Shown piece after piece: positions 1-9,643 of a DNA stretch of 64,000 bases (positions are counted from its first letter, which is position 1; each line of letters opens with the position of its first letter). Origin of the DNA: a virus (taxonomy: Duplodnaviria; Caudoviricetes); IMG/VR virus record IMGVR_UViG_3300042090_001530, positions 128,001-192,000 of that record. One strand, written 5' to 3'. Under the pieces are notes generated by a model. It was given only the letters and a program-made list of their open reading frames with translations. It did not search any database and was not told the DNA's origin. Position numbers and translations under genes: made by a program.

Positions 1-383
1 GTGGCGGCTCGCCGTCCCGGTGTCCGTGAGGCCGAGTTCGGAAGCGAGCCGGTCCAGGCCGATCCAGCACTCGTGTTCTTCGTTGCAGTGGTCGGCAATG
101 ACGGACAACGTGAAGCGGACCATGCCGCGCGGTTCGACCTTCGCGAGCGCCCACTTGCGGTGGTACCACATCAGCGGGCACCGCCGTTCGGGGTGCGCTT
201 GTCACCGGGGGCGGTTATCCTCATAACAGATGTGCTCCTTCGGCAGGGGAGTGGGTCGGCGAGCGGCAAACTCGCTGATCATCAGCGTGCGGGTCGGTTC
301 TACGGAATCGGCTCGCACGCTTGTTTTCATCATCCCAGACCGCGCCGACATTCGGCGCAGGACAAGGCAACTGTCGACACGTC

Positions 384-1145
384 ATGACGTACCTCGCATG
401 GGGGACACTGGACGGCATGAAGTCCACCGCCGACCAGTCGCCACAGCGATGCGCCCACTGCGGCAGGAAGATCTACTACTGCGCTGGCGACGAGTCATGG
501 GCCGAGGGCTGGTGCCACGTCAAATCCAACCTCCGGCACTGCGACTACACGCACAACCTCGCCGCACCGACCGACCCCGACGGCGAGCACTCGTTCGCGA
601 TTGAGCACGGCCCGCTCGACCCGAGCACGCGCGCGATGGTGGCTGCGGCGACGGGTGGCCAGCGGCGCGCGACCGAGGTTCACGCGCGGCTCGAGTGCGA
701 GTCGTCGAGTGGGGACCCCTTCGAGTTTGCAACCAGCACCGTGCGGTTGGGCAGCGGCCCGACGATCCCGGCGGCGTCGTTCTCGATGGCGACTGACCCG
801 CCAGCCCCGGCCTACAAGTTCGAAGCGGGCAGTATCAAGGCGCACGGCACGCTCACTGGGACGTTCGACAGCGACGTCCTCGCCGGGCTGCTCGGGTTCT
901 CCGTCTCGCCCCGCTACGGGATGACGTGCGTGTTCCCGGAAGACGCCGACAAGCGGTGCCCCGTATGCCAGAAGCCTGCATGGGCGGTCGCGGTCGAGGA
1001 CGTGAGGATCGCCAGCAGTGGTCCGGCGTGGAACCCGGACGGCAGTGTCAGTTACGGACTCGCCGGCTTCGACGAGTCCGGGTACCGCTGCGAGCCGTGC
1101 GGGCACCGGTTCGACCGGGACGGGAAGGAGATCGCAGGTGCATGA
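384..1145 (+). CDS. Hypothetical Cys-rich protein
   Basis: ORF 321..1145, likely ATG at 384; CxxC pairs at both ends; first of a chain of overlapping + strand ORFs. Confidence 0.55.
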   Translation: MTYLAWGTLDGMKSTADQSPQRCAHCGRKIYYCAGDESWAEGWCHVKSNLRHCDYTHNLAAPTDPDGEHSFAIEHGPLDPSTRAMVAAATGGQRRATEVHARLECESSSGDPFEFATSTVRLGSGPTIPAASFSMATDPPAPAYKFEAGSIKAHGTLTGTFDSDVLAGLLGFSVSPRYGMTCVFPEDADKRCPVCQKPAWAVAVEDVRIASSGPAWNPDGSVSYGLAGFDESGYRCEPCGHRFDRDGKEIAGA

Positions 1146-1383
1146 GGACGACCTGCACCCGGCGATCGAGGACTGGTTCGCCCAGCGCCTCGAATTCATG
1201 CCCTGCGACGACGACCTTGAGATGCACGACGCTCTCGTGATGGCCGCGCACGCGATCTCCGCGTCGATCAACGCGCATCCAACGCTGGCGAACGTGAAGG
1301 CGATCGCGGCGGCGTTGGGTATCGGTGACGACGACGGGCGCGTCATCGAGGGCGCGACTGTGCGGAAGGGGATCGAGGGCTGA
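1138..1383 (+). CDS. Hypothetical protein
   Basis: GTG 1138 overlaps the upstream stop; C-terminal part of ORF 1018..1383. Confidence 0.5.
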   Translation: MHEDDLHPAIEDWFAQRLEFMPCDDDLEMHDALVMAAHAISASINAHPTLANVKAIAAALGIGDDDGRVIEGATVRKGIEG

Positions 1384-1530
1384 TGGGGAGCCATCACGAG
1401 CCGTCGCTGTACTCGTCGCGCCGCTACGGCTGCTGGGCGACGTGCGAGTGCGGGCGCTGGCACTCGAAGCGGTGGACGACGACGATCGGGGCGCACATCG
1501 AGTTCGGCGATCATCTGCTGAGGGAGCACC

Positions 1531-1881
1531 GTGGAACCGAGTGAGGCAGCAGCCGAGGCGTTCGGCAGCCTGAAGACGGCGTTCGCGGCACTGCGCGAGG
1601 ACGACACCGACGCGGCATGGGAACTCGCGCAGGACGTGTTCTGGTGGGCGCTCGGCAACGGCGCAGGGCACGAAGGCCCGGACGCCGGGTACCTGGTTAC
1701 GCTCGGCCGACGAGTGAAGGACACGGAGGCGGAGCGCACCCTGACCGCGCTCGCGATGATCCGCGGCGTGATCGGGGTCGAACCAGTGCCGGAAGGTGGC
1801 GAGGTGAACCACGCGCACTACATCGCCCGGCAGCGGGTTCGGGACGAGGTTCAGAAGTTCGCGTTCGGATGGCCGGAGTGA
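1531..1881 (+). CDS. Hypothetical protein
   Basis: GTG start with GGAG RBS; stop overlaps next start (GTGA). Confidence 0.55.
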   Translation: MEPSEAAAEAFGSLKTAFAALREDDTDAAWELAQDVFWWALGNGAGHEGPDAGYLVTLGRRVKDTEAERTLTALAMIRGVIGVEPVPEGGEVNHAHYIARQRVRDEVQKFAFGWPE

Positions 1882-2090
1882 GCGAGCCCGCGGATTTCCT
1901 ACGTGTCCCGATGCCCGGCGGTGGCAGCCGGACGCTGTTGACGCGGTTCACGGACGGCAGCGTGCTGTGCTGCATCTGCTGGGAACGCTGCCGCATGGAC
2001 GAGTTGAACCCGGTCGGCGACGGCAAGGTCGAGGACGTGTGCAAGCAGTGCGCTGCGGACGAGATGCGGGAACTGGGACGGCGCGCGTGA
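1878..2090 (+). CDS. Small Zn-finger-like hypothetical protein
   Basis: GTGA overlap at both ends; CCICWERC...CKQC. Confidence 0.5.
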   Translation: MSEPADFLRVPMPGGGSRTLLTRFTDGSVLCCICWERCRMDELNPVGDGKVEDVCKQCAADEMRELGRRA

Positions 2091-2806
2091 CCGCCGTCCA
2101 GCCCTTCCCGGACGTGCCAGCCTGGCAGGAGCCGCCGGAACGCTCCCAACGCTGCCTCGACCTCCTCGACCGGCTCCAGGCCGGCACGTGGCGCCCGCAC
2201 GAGGCGACGATGTGGCGCGAGGACCGGGACGCCGCGAAACGCTTCCGGATCCATCCGTGGGAATGGCAAAACCTGATCTGCCCCGCCTGGGCCGAACTGG
2301 CCGCCGCGAACCCGAACTGCCGCTGGCCGGTCTACCGTCTCCCGCACTGCCCGAGCCAGATCCTCCTGCCGGGCTGCGAACGCGACTACAGCAGCGGCAG
2401 CGGATACAGCAACGTGATTCAGGCTTACTGCACATGCCCCGAACCCGACACGGCGGCGTGGCCGCACGAGTTCTACCATCGGGTCCACTGGGTCACCCAC
2501 GACGGCAAGTCCGCGTACTGCCACTGCGGGCCGGGCGAGCAGCCGCCCGGGTCCGGGGAGTACGGGGGCACCAACGGCGACGGGTACGTGTGCGAGTCGT
2601 GCGCGCCGCTGCTCGTCACCGAGCGGTTGACGTGGGACAGCAAGTGGGTCTCCGGGCCGGGCCATGTGGGCGACGGGCCGTCGTGGAGCCATCCGTTGAA
2701 GTGCGACTGCCGCTGCTGTTACTGCGGGGACGTGGCCAAGGAGCGCCGCGGCTGGCGGCTCAACGGGCACCCGGCGACGGCGGACTCGAAATGTCCTAAT
2801 GCTTGA
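2087..2806 (+). CDS. Cys/Trp-rich hypothetical protein
   Basis: GTGA overlap start; ends 3 bp before the IS right end. Confidence 0.55.
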   Translation: MTAVQPFPDVPAWQEPPERSQRCLDLLDRLQAGTWRPHEATMWREDRDAAKRFRIHPWEWQNLICPAWAELAAANPNCRWPVYRLPHCPSQILLPGCERDYSSGSGYSNVIQAYCTCPEPDTAAWPHEFYHRVHWVTHDGKSAYCHCGPGEQPPGSGEYGGTNGDGYVCESCAPLLVTERLTWDSKWVSGPGHVGDGPSWSHPLKCDCRCCYCGDVAKERRGWRLNGHPATADSKCPNA

Positions 2807-2866
2807 GACTTGACTTCCTCCCCACGCCTAAAGGCGGGGGATTCCGACTCCTGCGAGCCGGTGCGC

Positions 2867-4063
2867 TTACCTTCGCAGGCGCGCTGGTTCCTGCTTCACG
2901 GACCGGCCAACACCGAGGTCTCCACAGGCTGTCACGGCAAGCCCTGCCGCGAGTATGTTCTTCGCCGCGTTCACGTCGGCGTGGTCTCGGTGGCCGCAAG
3001 CCGTGCACGCGAACACCGCTTGGCTCTCACGGCTGTTCGCGTCCACCCGCTTGCACCGATGGCACGTCTGGGACGTGTACGCGGCGGGGACTTTCTTCAC
3101 CCCCGACCCCGTGTAGCGGGCTGCGGAGCGCAGTGCTGTCTCGAACTGGTACCAGCCCTTGTCCAAGATGGCGCGGTTCAGGCCGGACTTCTGCGCGACG
3201 TTGCGGCCCGGGGCGTCGAGCGTGCCGGCCGCGGTCTTGGTCATGTTCCGGGTCTTGAGATCCTCGAGGACGATCAGGGCGTGGTCGCGGGTCAACCCGT
3301 GTGCGGTCTGGGCGCAGAAGTCCGCCCTACGTTCGACCGGCGCCCGGTGCGCCTTCGCGAGCAGGGCCGCGGTCTTCTTCCGGTTGCTCGAGCCGCGCTT
3401 GGACCGGGCGAGTTTCTGCTGCAGCCGACGCCGGTGCTCGAGCTCGCCGGGGGTGGCGAACACCTGGTCGTGCAGGTCGCCGTCCGATGTGGCGGCAGCG
3501 ACCACGACGCCGCGGTCCACACCTACCGCAGTGTCCGGCAGGGCGTGGGTTTCGGCCGGGATCTCGCCGTCTTCGACGAGGAAACTGACGTACCAGTGCC
3601 CGGTCTTGAACGACACCGTCGCGTTGCGGATCACGCCGCCGAGCGGCCGGGACCAGCGGAATTTCACCCAGCCGAACTTTGGAAGCTTGACGCGGGCATG
3701 ACTCCGATTGAGTTGCTCCACCGCCATCCACTTGCCTTCGGAAAGGCGAAACGACGGCTTCCACCGTGTCTTGGAGCGCCAGTGCACGGCGAAGGTGCCG
3801 TGCTTGCGGCACGCCTTGTCCAGGTCCATCAGGGTCTGCTGGAGAACGCAGGACGGCGCCTCGGCGAGCCACGGGAACTCGCGCTTCGCCTCGGCGAGCT
3901 CGGCGGCCTGCTGCTCGTAGTTGATCCACGCGCCGCGCTGCCGGTAGATCCGCCGCTGCTCCAGCGCGGTGTTCCACACGTCCCGGCACGCCGCGCCCAC
4001 CTGCTCCGCATAGGCGACCTGAGCGGGCGTCAACTCCAACCGGTACCGGCGCGCGGTGAGCAT
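2867..4063 (-). CDS. tnpB: TnpB RNA-guided endonuclease, catalytically intact (398 aa)
   Basis: MLTARRYRLEL N-terminus; RuvC-I GVDRG, RuvC-II VLEDL, Zn finger CHRC/CTAC, RuvC-III HADVNAA. Confidence 0.95.
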   Translation of the reverse strand: MLTARRYRLELTPAQVAYAEQVGAACRDVWNTALEQRRIYRQRGAWINYEQQAAELAEAKREFPWLAEAPSCVLQQTLMDLDKACRKHGTFAVHWRSKTRWKPSFRLSEGKWMAVEQLNRSHARVKLPKFGWVKFRWSRPLGGVIRNATVSFKTGHWYVSFLVEDGEIPAETHALPDTAVGVDRGVVVAAATSDGDLHDQVFATPGELEHRRRLQQKLARSKRGSSNRKKTAALLAKAHRAPVERRADFCAQTAHGLTRDHALIVLEDLKTRNMTKTAAGTLDAPGRNVAQKSGLNRAILDKGWYQFETALRSAARYTGSGVKKVPAAYTSQTCHRCKRVDANSRESQAVFACTACGHRDHADVNAAKNILAAGLAVTACGDLGVGRSVKQEPARLRR

Positions 4064-4461
4064 CAGGCCTTCTTCTGGTTCTCGACGTACCGCTTGACGG
4101 CCTCCAGCGGCGCACCGCCGACCGTGGCGACGAAGTACGAGTTCGTCCACAGGGTGGGGAGTTTCGTCGTCAGGTACGGGAACTCCTGGCGCAGGAGCCT
4201 CGATGAGCGGCCCTTGATGGCTTTGACGAGGCGGTGGATGCCGTACTGCGGGTCGACTTCGACGAGCAGGTGGACGTGGTCCGGCATGCATTCGAGTTCG
4301 ATAAGCCATGCGCCCTTCTCGTCGACCACTTCCCGGATGATCTCCTTGAGGCGCTCCTCCATCCGGCCGCCGATCACGCGGCGCCGGTACTTCGGGCACC
4401 ACACGACGTGGAACGCGCACTGGAACGCGATGTTCCTGTTCGCGCGCAAGGTGACGGCCAT
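4063..4461 (-). CDS. tnpA: IS200-type Y1 HUH transposase TnpA
   Basis: HVVWCPKYRR, HUH motif PDHVHLL, catalytic Tyr in KRYVENQ. Confidence 0.95.
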   Translation of the reverse strand: MAVTLRANRNIAFQCAFHVVWCPKYRRRVIGGRMEERLKEIIREVVDEKGAWLIELECMPDHVHLLVEVDPQYGIHRLVKAIKGRSSRLLRQEFPYLTTKLPTLWTNSYFVATVGGAPLEAVKRYVENQKKA

Positions 4462-4653
4462 GAGATCAGTATACAGCTTCGCCCTGTCTAAGGGTGCGGG
4501 GAAGGGGCTTACCCCCATGGCTCAAGCCAGGGGTCCGCGCCCCAACTCTCCGATCGATTCTGGTACCGTCCGGCACGATCGGCGCTGGTGATTCGCCCGC
4601 TCCGGGTGTCACACTGGCCTTCAGAGATCAACACGCAGAGAACAGGCAGAGTA

Positions 4654-4860
4654 GTGGCAAACGGCACGGTGAAGTGGTTCAACGCGGAGAAGGGCTACGG
4701 TTTCATCGCCCAGGAGGGTGGTGGCCCGGATGTCTTCGTGCACTATTCGGCCCTGTCCGGCGACGGCTACCGGGAGCTCGTCGAGAAGCAGCGCGTCCAG
4801 TTCGAGGTCACCCAGGGAACCAAGGGCCCGCAGGCTGCGAACGTCGTCGTCATCGGCTGA
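4654..4860 (+). CDS. cspA: Cold-shock protein
   Basis: [18 protein letters not shown] (RNP1), DVFVHYSAL (RNP2), KGPQAANV; GTG start at 4654. Confidence 0.95.
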   Translation: MANGTVKWFNAEKGYGFIAQEGGGPDVFVHYSALSGDGYRELVEKQRVQFEVTQGTKGPQAANVVVIG

Positions 4861-4941
4861 CGTAGCCGACCAGCACGACGCCCCAGCCGTACTGCTCCGG
4901 CCGGGGCGTCTGGCGGATCGCTCCGCGATGCTGCTCCCAGT

Positions 4942-5541
4942 CTACCCTCCCGCCTCGTGGCGTCCTTGCCGCAGCCCGTGCTCGTACATGGCTCTGGCGA
5001 TGCCCGCGTTGATCCCGGGCGCCGTGTCGGTGGGCACGGTGCCCATGTTGATGCTGGTCGCGATCTCCCGACTCAATCCCGGCGGCGCGGGTTCGGGCCC
5101 GGTCAGCGGCAGGAACGTGGTCGCGGCCACGGGCGTCCCGAACGTGTACTCCGGTTCCGGGAACCGCCTGCGCGGGCCGTGGATCTCCTCGATGTCGAAC
5201 AGGCAGCCGCAGGGCCGCACTTGAAACCATCCGGGCGCGGTGGCCGCTGCGGTGACGATCGTGGCGGCCTGCCCGCATCCGGGGCACGGCGGGGGTGTCT
5301 TGTGGGGTGCTGGCGCGCCGGAGGTGACTGCCTGGCAAGCCTCCTCCCACTCTTTCAGGAATCGGTTCGCGGTTGGGAACGGCAGGGTGCGATAGTGGTA
5401 GGTCCGGTGGGGCGCCTCGGGGTCGCCGTAGAGGACTTGCGAGACGATACGGTCCCGCGCCCCGGCGGGGACGCTTTCGGCGCGCAGCGCGGCCTCGAGG
5501 TCCAAGGTGAGCTTGTATAGCAGGTCTTCCGGGTCGGTCAT
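4942..5541 (-). CDS. Hypothetical protein with CxxC...PCGC
   Basis: ATG 5541 with GGAG RBS; distal part of ORF 4942..6171. Confidence 0.5.
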   Translation of the reverse strand: MTDPEDLLYKLTLDLEAALRAESVPAGARDRIVSQVLYGDPEAPHRTYHYRTLPFPTANRFLKEWEEACQAVTSGAPAPHKTPPPCPGCGQAATIVTAAATAPGWFQVRPCGCLFDIEEIHGPRRRFPEPEYTFGTPVAATTFLPLTGPEPAPPGLSREIATSINMGTVPTDTAPGINAGIARAMYEHGLRQGRHEAGG

Positions 5542-6736
5542 CGACTCTCCCTGGTTGGCAGGAACGTGACTGCGAGTGCGACCGCGAGGGCTCCCGTCGC
5601 GATGCCGAACGTCCCGTCGCCGCTCGTGGCCCATCGCCACGACAACACGATGATCGCACCCGCATGGGAAGCACGGACCGCCCAGAGGCGCCAGCCGGTC
5701 ATGTGCCGATCCCCTTCCAGTCAGCTTCGTCCGCCGCCCGCTCGGCCGCCTGGAGCGCTTCGACATCCTTGCTGGCGAGCGGCTTGTCGTCCACGGTGAT
5801 CTGCGTGAACTCGGCGGTCTCGCTCGACTCGCCGCAGTAGTGGAAGTTCGGGCCGCGACGGGTGAGCGGGTTTGCGTCCGCGCGGAACACGAGCCGGCCG
5901 TCTTCGACCGACCAAGCGCCCGTGAGCCTGTTCGCGAACCCGCAGTGCCCGCATTCGGCGAGCGGGTTGTCGATCTCCAGCAGGTTCCGGCGCGCCTTGC
6001 GCCACGCGTCCCAACCGCTAGCCATCGTGGGTCTCCTTCCGGAACGCAGCGCTTTCCCATGCATACCCGAGCGCGGTACCCAGCAGCACGCAGGCCGGGA
6101 TCGCTAGGGCGCCGGCAAGCCGATGGTGCAGGTGCGGGAGGGTGAAGGCGGCGCTCTCCGCGCCGGCCCATCCCAGTGTCACGCCGAGGTAGTAACGCCA
6201 GGGGCGGCGCGTGAACCGCAAGCGTCGGCGCCGGTCAGCCACCGTCCACCTCGATCTCCAGCGCACCGGCGATGGCACGCCGCATGTCGTCGGCTGCGGC
6301 CCGGTACCCGCGCTGCTGCTCGTTCGCGTCGGTGTCGTCGTCGATGCGGGTCGCGTCGAGGACGCCGAGGATCGTCGCCATGATCGTGGGCCACTCGTCC
6401 CAACTGTCGGCGTCTTCTAGCCAGTCCTTCACTCGGACACGGAACGCGTCCTCGCGAGCCGCGGCAACGTAGTCGCCGCTCGGCCCGCGCACACCCCGGA
6501 CCGTGCCGTCGTGGACGAGCGTGACGCGGTCGTTCATGCCGAGGGGCAGCCGCAGAGTGACCTCCACGGTGGGCGCCGGCGTCGGGGTGACCACCTCCAT
6601 CGGCGCGGGCCGCGACAGGTGCTTCGGCAATGGGAGATCGCGGCGCACATCGCAGCCGACAAGGTGGCCGAACAGCGGCGCCGGCTCGCCGTCCACGAGC
6701 AGCGTGCCGTGGTCGCCGCTGAGGCTGATCACGAAC

Positions 6737-7087
6737 TCAGTCACGGGCACCTCCCGGTAGGGCGTGGTGCCCGCAGTCCTCGCAGCAGAGTCCCTCATGG
6801 TTGCCGTTCGCGTCGGTTGTGTACTCGGGCTCATCGGCCGAGATCTCGCATTCCCGGTAAGGCGTTCCGCACGTGGAGCACGGGCCGAGGACGTCGGGCT
6901 CTTCGATTCCGAGCGCGTCCGCGACTGCTTCGAGCGTCTCGCAGTGCTGCTCGTCGAGCACCGCGAGCAGCGCGTCGTACGCCCGCGAGATCCACTGGTT
7001 CACCACCTCCGCGCGGCTGCATTCGGCGGCGCCCAGCACGGGTCCTTCGTTCATCCACGCGCGGATCCGCGACGCAACGTCAGGCAC
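6737..7087 (-). CDS. Short DUF6221-related paralog
   Basis: MPDVASRIRAWM N-terminus; CETLEAVADALGI C-terminal motif shared with neighbours. Confidence 0.55.
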   Translation of the reverse strand: MPDVASRIRAWMNEGPVLGAAECSRAEVVNQWISRAYDALLAVLDEQHCETLEAVADALGIEEPDVLGPCSTCGTPYRECEISADEPEYTTDANGNHEGLCCEDCGHHALPGGARD

Positions 7088-7373
7088 CGTCGAGCTCGAT
7101 CCCGAGCGCGCGGGCGATGTCCGTCACGGTCTCACACCAGCCGAGGCCGTTAAGGTCCCTGCTGCCGCGCATCGACGCGTGGCACCTGCCGCAGCCGAAG
7201 TCGTGCGGCCAGCCGAGCGTCTCGACGTGGCGGCCACTCCCGTCTGTCGCGTGGAAGTGCGGATGCTTCTTCAGGACGGAAAGGATCGCTTCGATCAGCG
7301 GGCCGTTACCGTTCTCGGCGAACCGCTTCGGGTCGTCGAGCCGCTCACAGATCTGCGCGGTCAAGTCAGCCAT
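7080..7373 (-). CDS. Short DUF6221-related paralog
   Basis: MADLTAQICERLDD; CETVTDIARALGI. Confidence 0.55.
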   Translation of the reverse strand: MADLTAQICERLDDPKRFAENGNGPLIEAILSVLKKHPHFHATDGSGRHVETLGWPHDFGCGRCHASMRGSRDLNGLGWCETVTDIARALGIELDGA

Positions 7374-7884
7374 CGATCCTCCACCCCGTCTTGAATCCAC
7401 GACGACCGGCATACCCGGCCGCGATACAGCGCAGGACCGCGAGCCGGCGCTCATCGAGTGCGCAGCTGCATCGGATACCGGACCTCAGGTCGTCCCAACA
7501 GCCCGAGCCGGGCACCGGAGCCGGCGCTTCAGGGTCAATGGCGAGACCGCACGAGAAGTAGCCGTCGTCGGCGTTGTGCGCATGCTGCCAGCCGGCCACG
7601 TGGTCGAGGAGCGCCCGCTTCCCAGCGATGTCCGCGAGCACGTTGGCCACGTCGTGCCGTGCGATGTGCCGGGCGACGCCTTCATCGGAGGAGGCTTCGG
7701 CCCGGACCTCGACCACTCGGTCTTCGAGGGAGTCGACGACGTACCAGCACTGTGGCGGTGTCCCGTAGCCTGGATGGCAGGTCCACTCGTTCGCGTCGTC
7801 GTGCCAGGATGCGTTGCGGGCGAGCGTCCCGTCTTCATCGAGCCAGGCCCGAAGCTGGGCGTCGAGTTCTTCGTAGTCACTCAT
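7366..7884 (-). CDS. DUF6221-like phage protein
   Basis: LRAWLDEDG...NVLADIAGKRALL...LRCIAAGYAGRRGFKTGW. Confidence 0.7.
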   Translation of the reverse strand: MSDYEELDAQLRAWLDEDGTLARNASWHDDANEWTCHPGYGTPPQCWYVVDSLEDRVVEVRAEASSDEGVARHIARHDVANVLADIAGKRALLDHVAGWQHAHNADDGYFSCGLAIDPEAPAPVPGSGCWDDLRSGIRCSCALDERRLAVLRCIAAGYAGRRGFKTGWRIDG

Positions 7885-8413
7885 GGTCAGACGCCCCGAT
7901 CCCCAGCTTCTCTGCGATCACGCGCACGGTCGGGCACGGCGCGTCCTCGTGGTACCAGAGCAACTCGCCGTAACTCGAGATACTCTCCTCGTCCACGCAG
8001 TACGCGCACTCGCCGTCGACCTTGGGTTTGTGCAGTTCGAGCGCGGCGAGGATCGCGTCACGCATCTGCTCGAAGCCCGGGTAGGCCAGCGGCCCGGGTG
8101 GGAGCACCCTGAGCGGCCGGAAGGCCGCGCCCTCCGCGAGCAGCTTTTCCCGTGCCTGCTGCCAGTGTTCGATCTCTTCGGGCGTAGCGGGCGCCGCTGG
8201 GGGCTGAAATTCGGCGGGGCACCCGATCGTGTAATTCGATGAGCGCGGTGCCCGTCGCGGACCTTCAGGGATGCCGTTGATCCGGAGGTCTTCGAACTCG
8301 GCCCGGAACTTGTCCCGCTGCTCCTCCGTCCAGTCTTCAGGGAACGAGAACTCGAACGGCGCGGGCGTCCAGCTGTCGAGCCGTTGGCGGATCTGCCGGC
8401 TCAGGTCAGCCAT
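7877..8413 (-). CDS. DUF6221-related paralog
   Basis: MADLSRQIRQRLD; CPTVRVIAEKLGI. Confidence 0.55.
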   Translation of the reverse strand: MADLSRQIRQRLDSWTPAPFEFSFPEDWTEEQRDKFRAEFEDLRINGIPEGPRRAPRSSNYTIGCPAEFQPPAAPATPEEIEHWQQAREKLLAEGAAFRPLRVLPPGPLAYPGFEQMRDAILAALELHKPKVDGECAYCVDEESISSYGELLWYHEDAPCPTVRVIAEKLGIGASDHE

Positions 8414-8757
8414 CGGTCCTCTTCTCGGGGTGGCCTGGCGCGCTCGTGTTCCACCAGGTGATTGCTTCGTTGACCGTGCGGTTCGTCATCGGCTGGCGGC
8501 CGAGCGCCGGGAACTCGCGCAGCCATGCCTCGTACAGCGGATGTGCCGCTCGCCCGGCCCTTCGCTAGCGCGCAGGTACGGCACGCCGTCAGCCATCGGT
8601 CACTACCTCCCTCTTTGCCCAGTGGAGCCGTTCGAGGATGTCGAGCACTCTCAGCGTGATCTCGGCGACGTGCCGCTGGTCTTCCTGGGTCGGGAGCACG
8701 TACGCGATCTCGTCGAGCAGCGCGTCGCGCAGTTCCTTCTCGGCGGGGGTCCAACCC

Positions 8758-9234
8758 TCAGGCATCCAGGCTCCAAGTCTCGTCGAATTCGGCATGTGAG
8801 GCGTACGTCGCGACGTCTAGGTTGAGCACCTTGCAGATGGTGTCGAAGGTGCCGAGCGCACGCTCGTACTGCTGGACAGATCCGGCCCTGCTCATCTCGT
8901 CGGTGGCGGCGGCGCCCTTTCTGCGGGCGTCGCTCATCTGGTCGAGGCTTTCCCGCCAGATCTCAAGGTGGCGCCGCTTGGCTGCGATCTCGGCCAGCAC
9001 CCGCGGCGGATGGTTCGCGGCAATGAATTCGGCCACCGGCCGGCTCGGCATGCGCCCTATGTCGTAGGCGCCGCCACGGCCGGTCGGATTGGGCGCGAAG
9101 ACCCCGACCCATTGCAGGGTGCCGATCAAGTTCTCGGAGGCGCCCCACGGGCGCTGGGCTTCGGGCGGCAACGCGAAGATCGCGGCTTCGTGCTCATCCA
9201 GTCGCGCCTGGAGGAAGGCGGGGAGATCAGGCAT
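8758..9234 (-). CDS. DUF6221-like phage protein
   Basis: MPDLPAFLQARLDE...PRVLAEIAAKRRHL...YASHAEFDETW. Confidence 0.75.
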   Translation of the reverse strand: MPDLPAFLQARLDEHEAAIFALPPEAQRPWGASENLIGTLQWVGVFAPNPTGRGGAYDIGRMPSRPVAEFIAANHPPRVLAEIAAKRRHLEIWRESLDQMSDARRKGAAATDEMSRAGSVQQYERALGTFDTICKVLNLDVATYASHAEFDETWSLDA

Positions 9235-9643
9235 CGATCCTCCATGCCGGGTCGAAGTCGGGGTGCTCGGTATACGGTGCGGCGAGCCGTAGCAGCACGC
9301 TCCAGGCGGTGGAGCAGCCCATGCGCAACTCGACGGTGCATACCTCGACGATCGCCCGCTTGGCCGCGATGTCGGCGAGCACGCGGGCCGGATCCCAGTA
9401 GGCGATGTGGGCCGCGATGCCCCGGTCGGGGCGCATTTGGCCGATGCCCATCTCCGACCGGTCGGTGACCCAGATCGCGGCGGGCACTGCCCCTTCCTCG
9501 TGCTCGGAGGGCACCCACTCCTCCACCTGCCACACGGCCGTGTCGCCCGGCTCTTGCGGGCCGAGGTGTGGTTTCGCGGCCCACTCGGCGAGCCGCTGCT
9601 CTTCATTCAGCCGCGTGGTCAGGAACTCGACCAGGTCAGGCAT
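9227..9643 (-). CDS. DUF6221-like phage protein
   Basis: MPDLVEFLTTRLNE...PARVLADIAAKRAIV...LAAPYTEHPDFDPAW. Confidence 0.8.
   Translation of the reverse strand: MPDLVEFLTTRLNEEQRLAEWAAKPHLGPQEPGDTAVWQVEEWVPSEHEEGAVPAAIWVTDRSEMGIGQMRPDRGIAAHIAYWDPARVLADIAAKRAIVEVCTVELRMGCSTAWSVLLRLAAPYTEHPDFDPAWRIDA

Larger units (their letters stand above)
2810..4555 (-). mobile_element. IS200/IS605-family insertion sequence (tnpA + tnpB); left boundary approximate
   Basis: On the minus strand the right end reads CCCCGCCTTTAGGCGTGGGGAGGAAGTCAA (subterminal hairpin, ends TCAA at 2810). Left-end hairpin CCCCTGGCTTGAGCCATGGGGG at ~4512-4534. tnpA and tnpB are coupled by ATGA. Confidence 0.9.
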
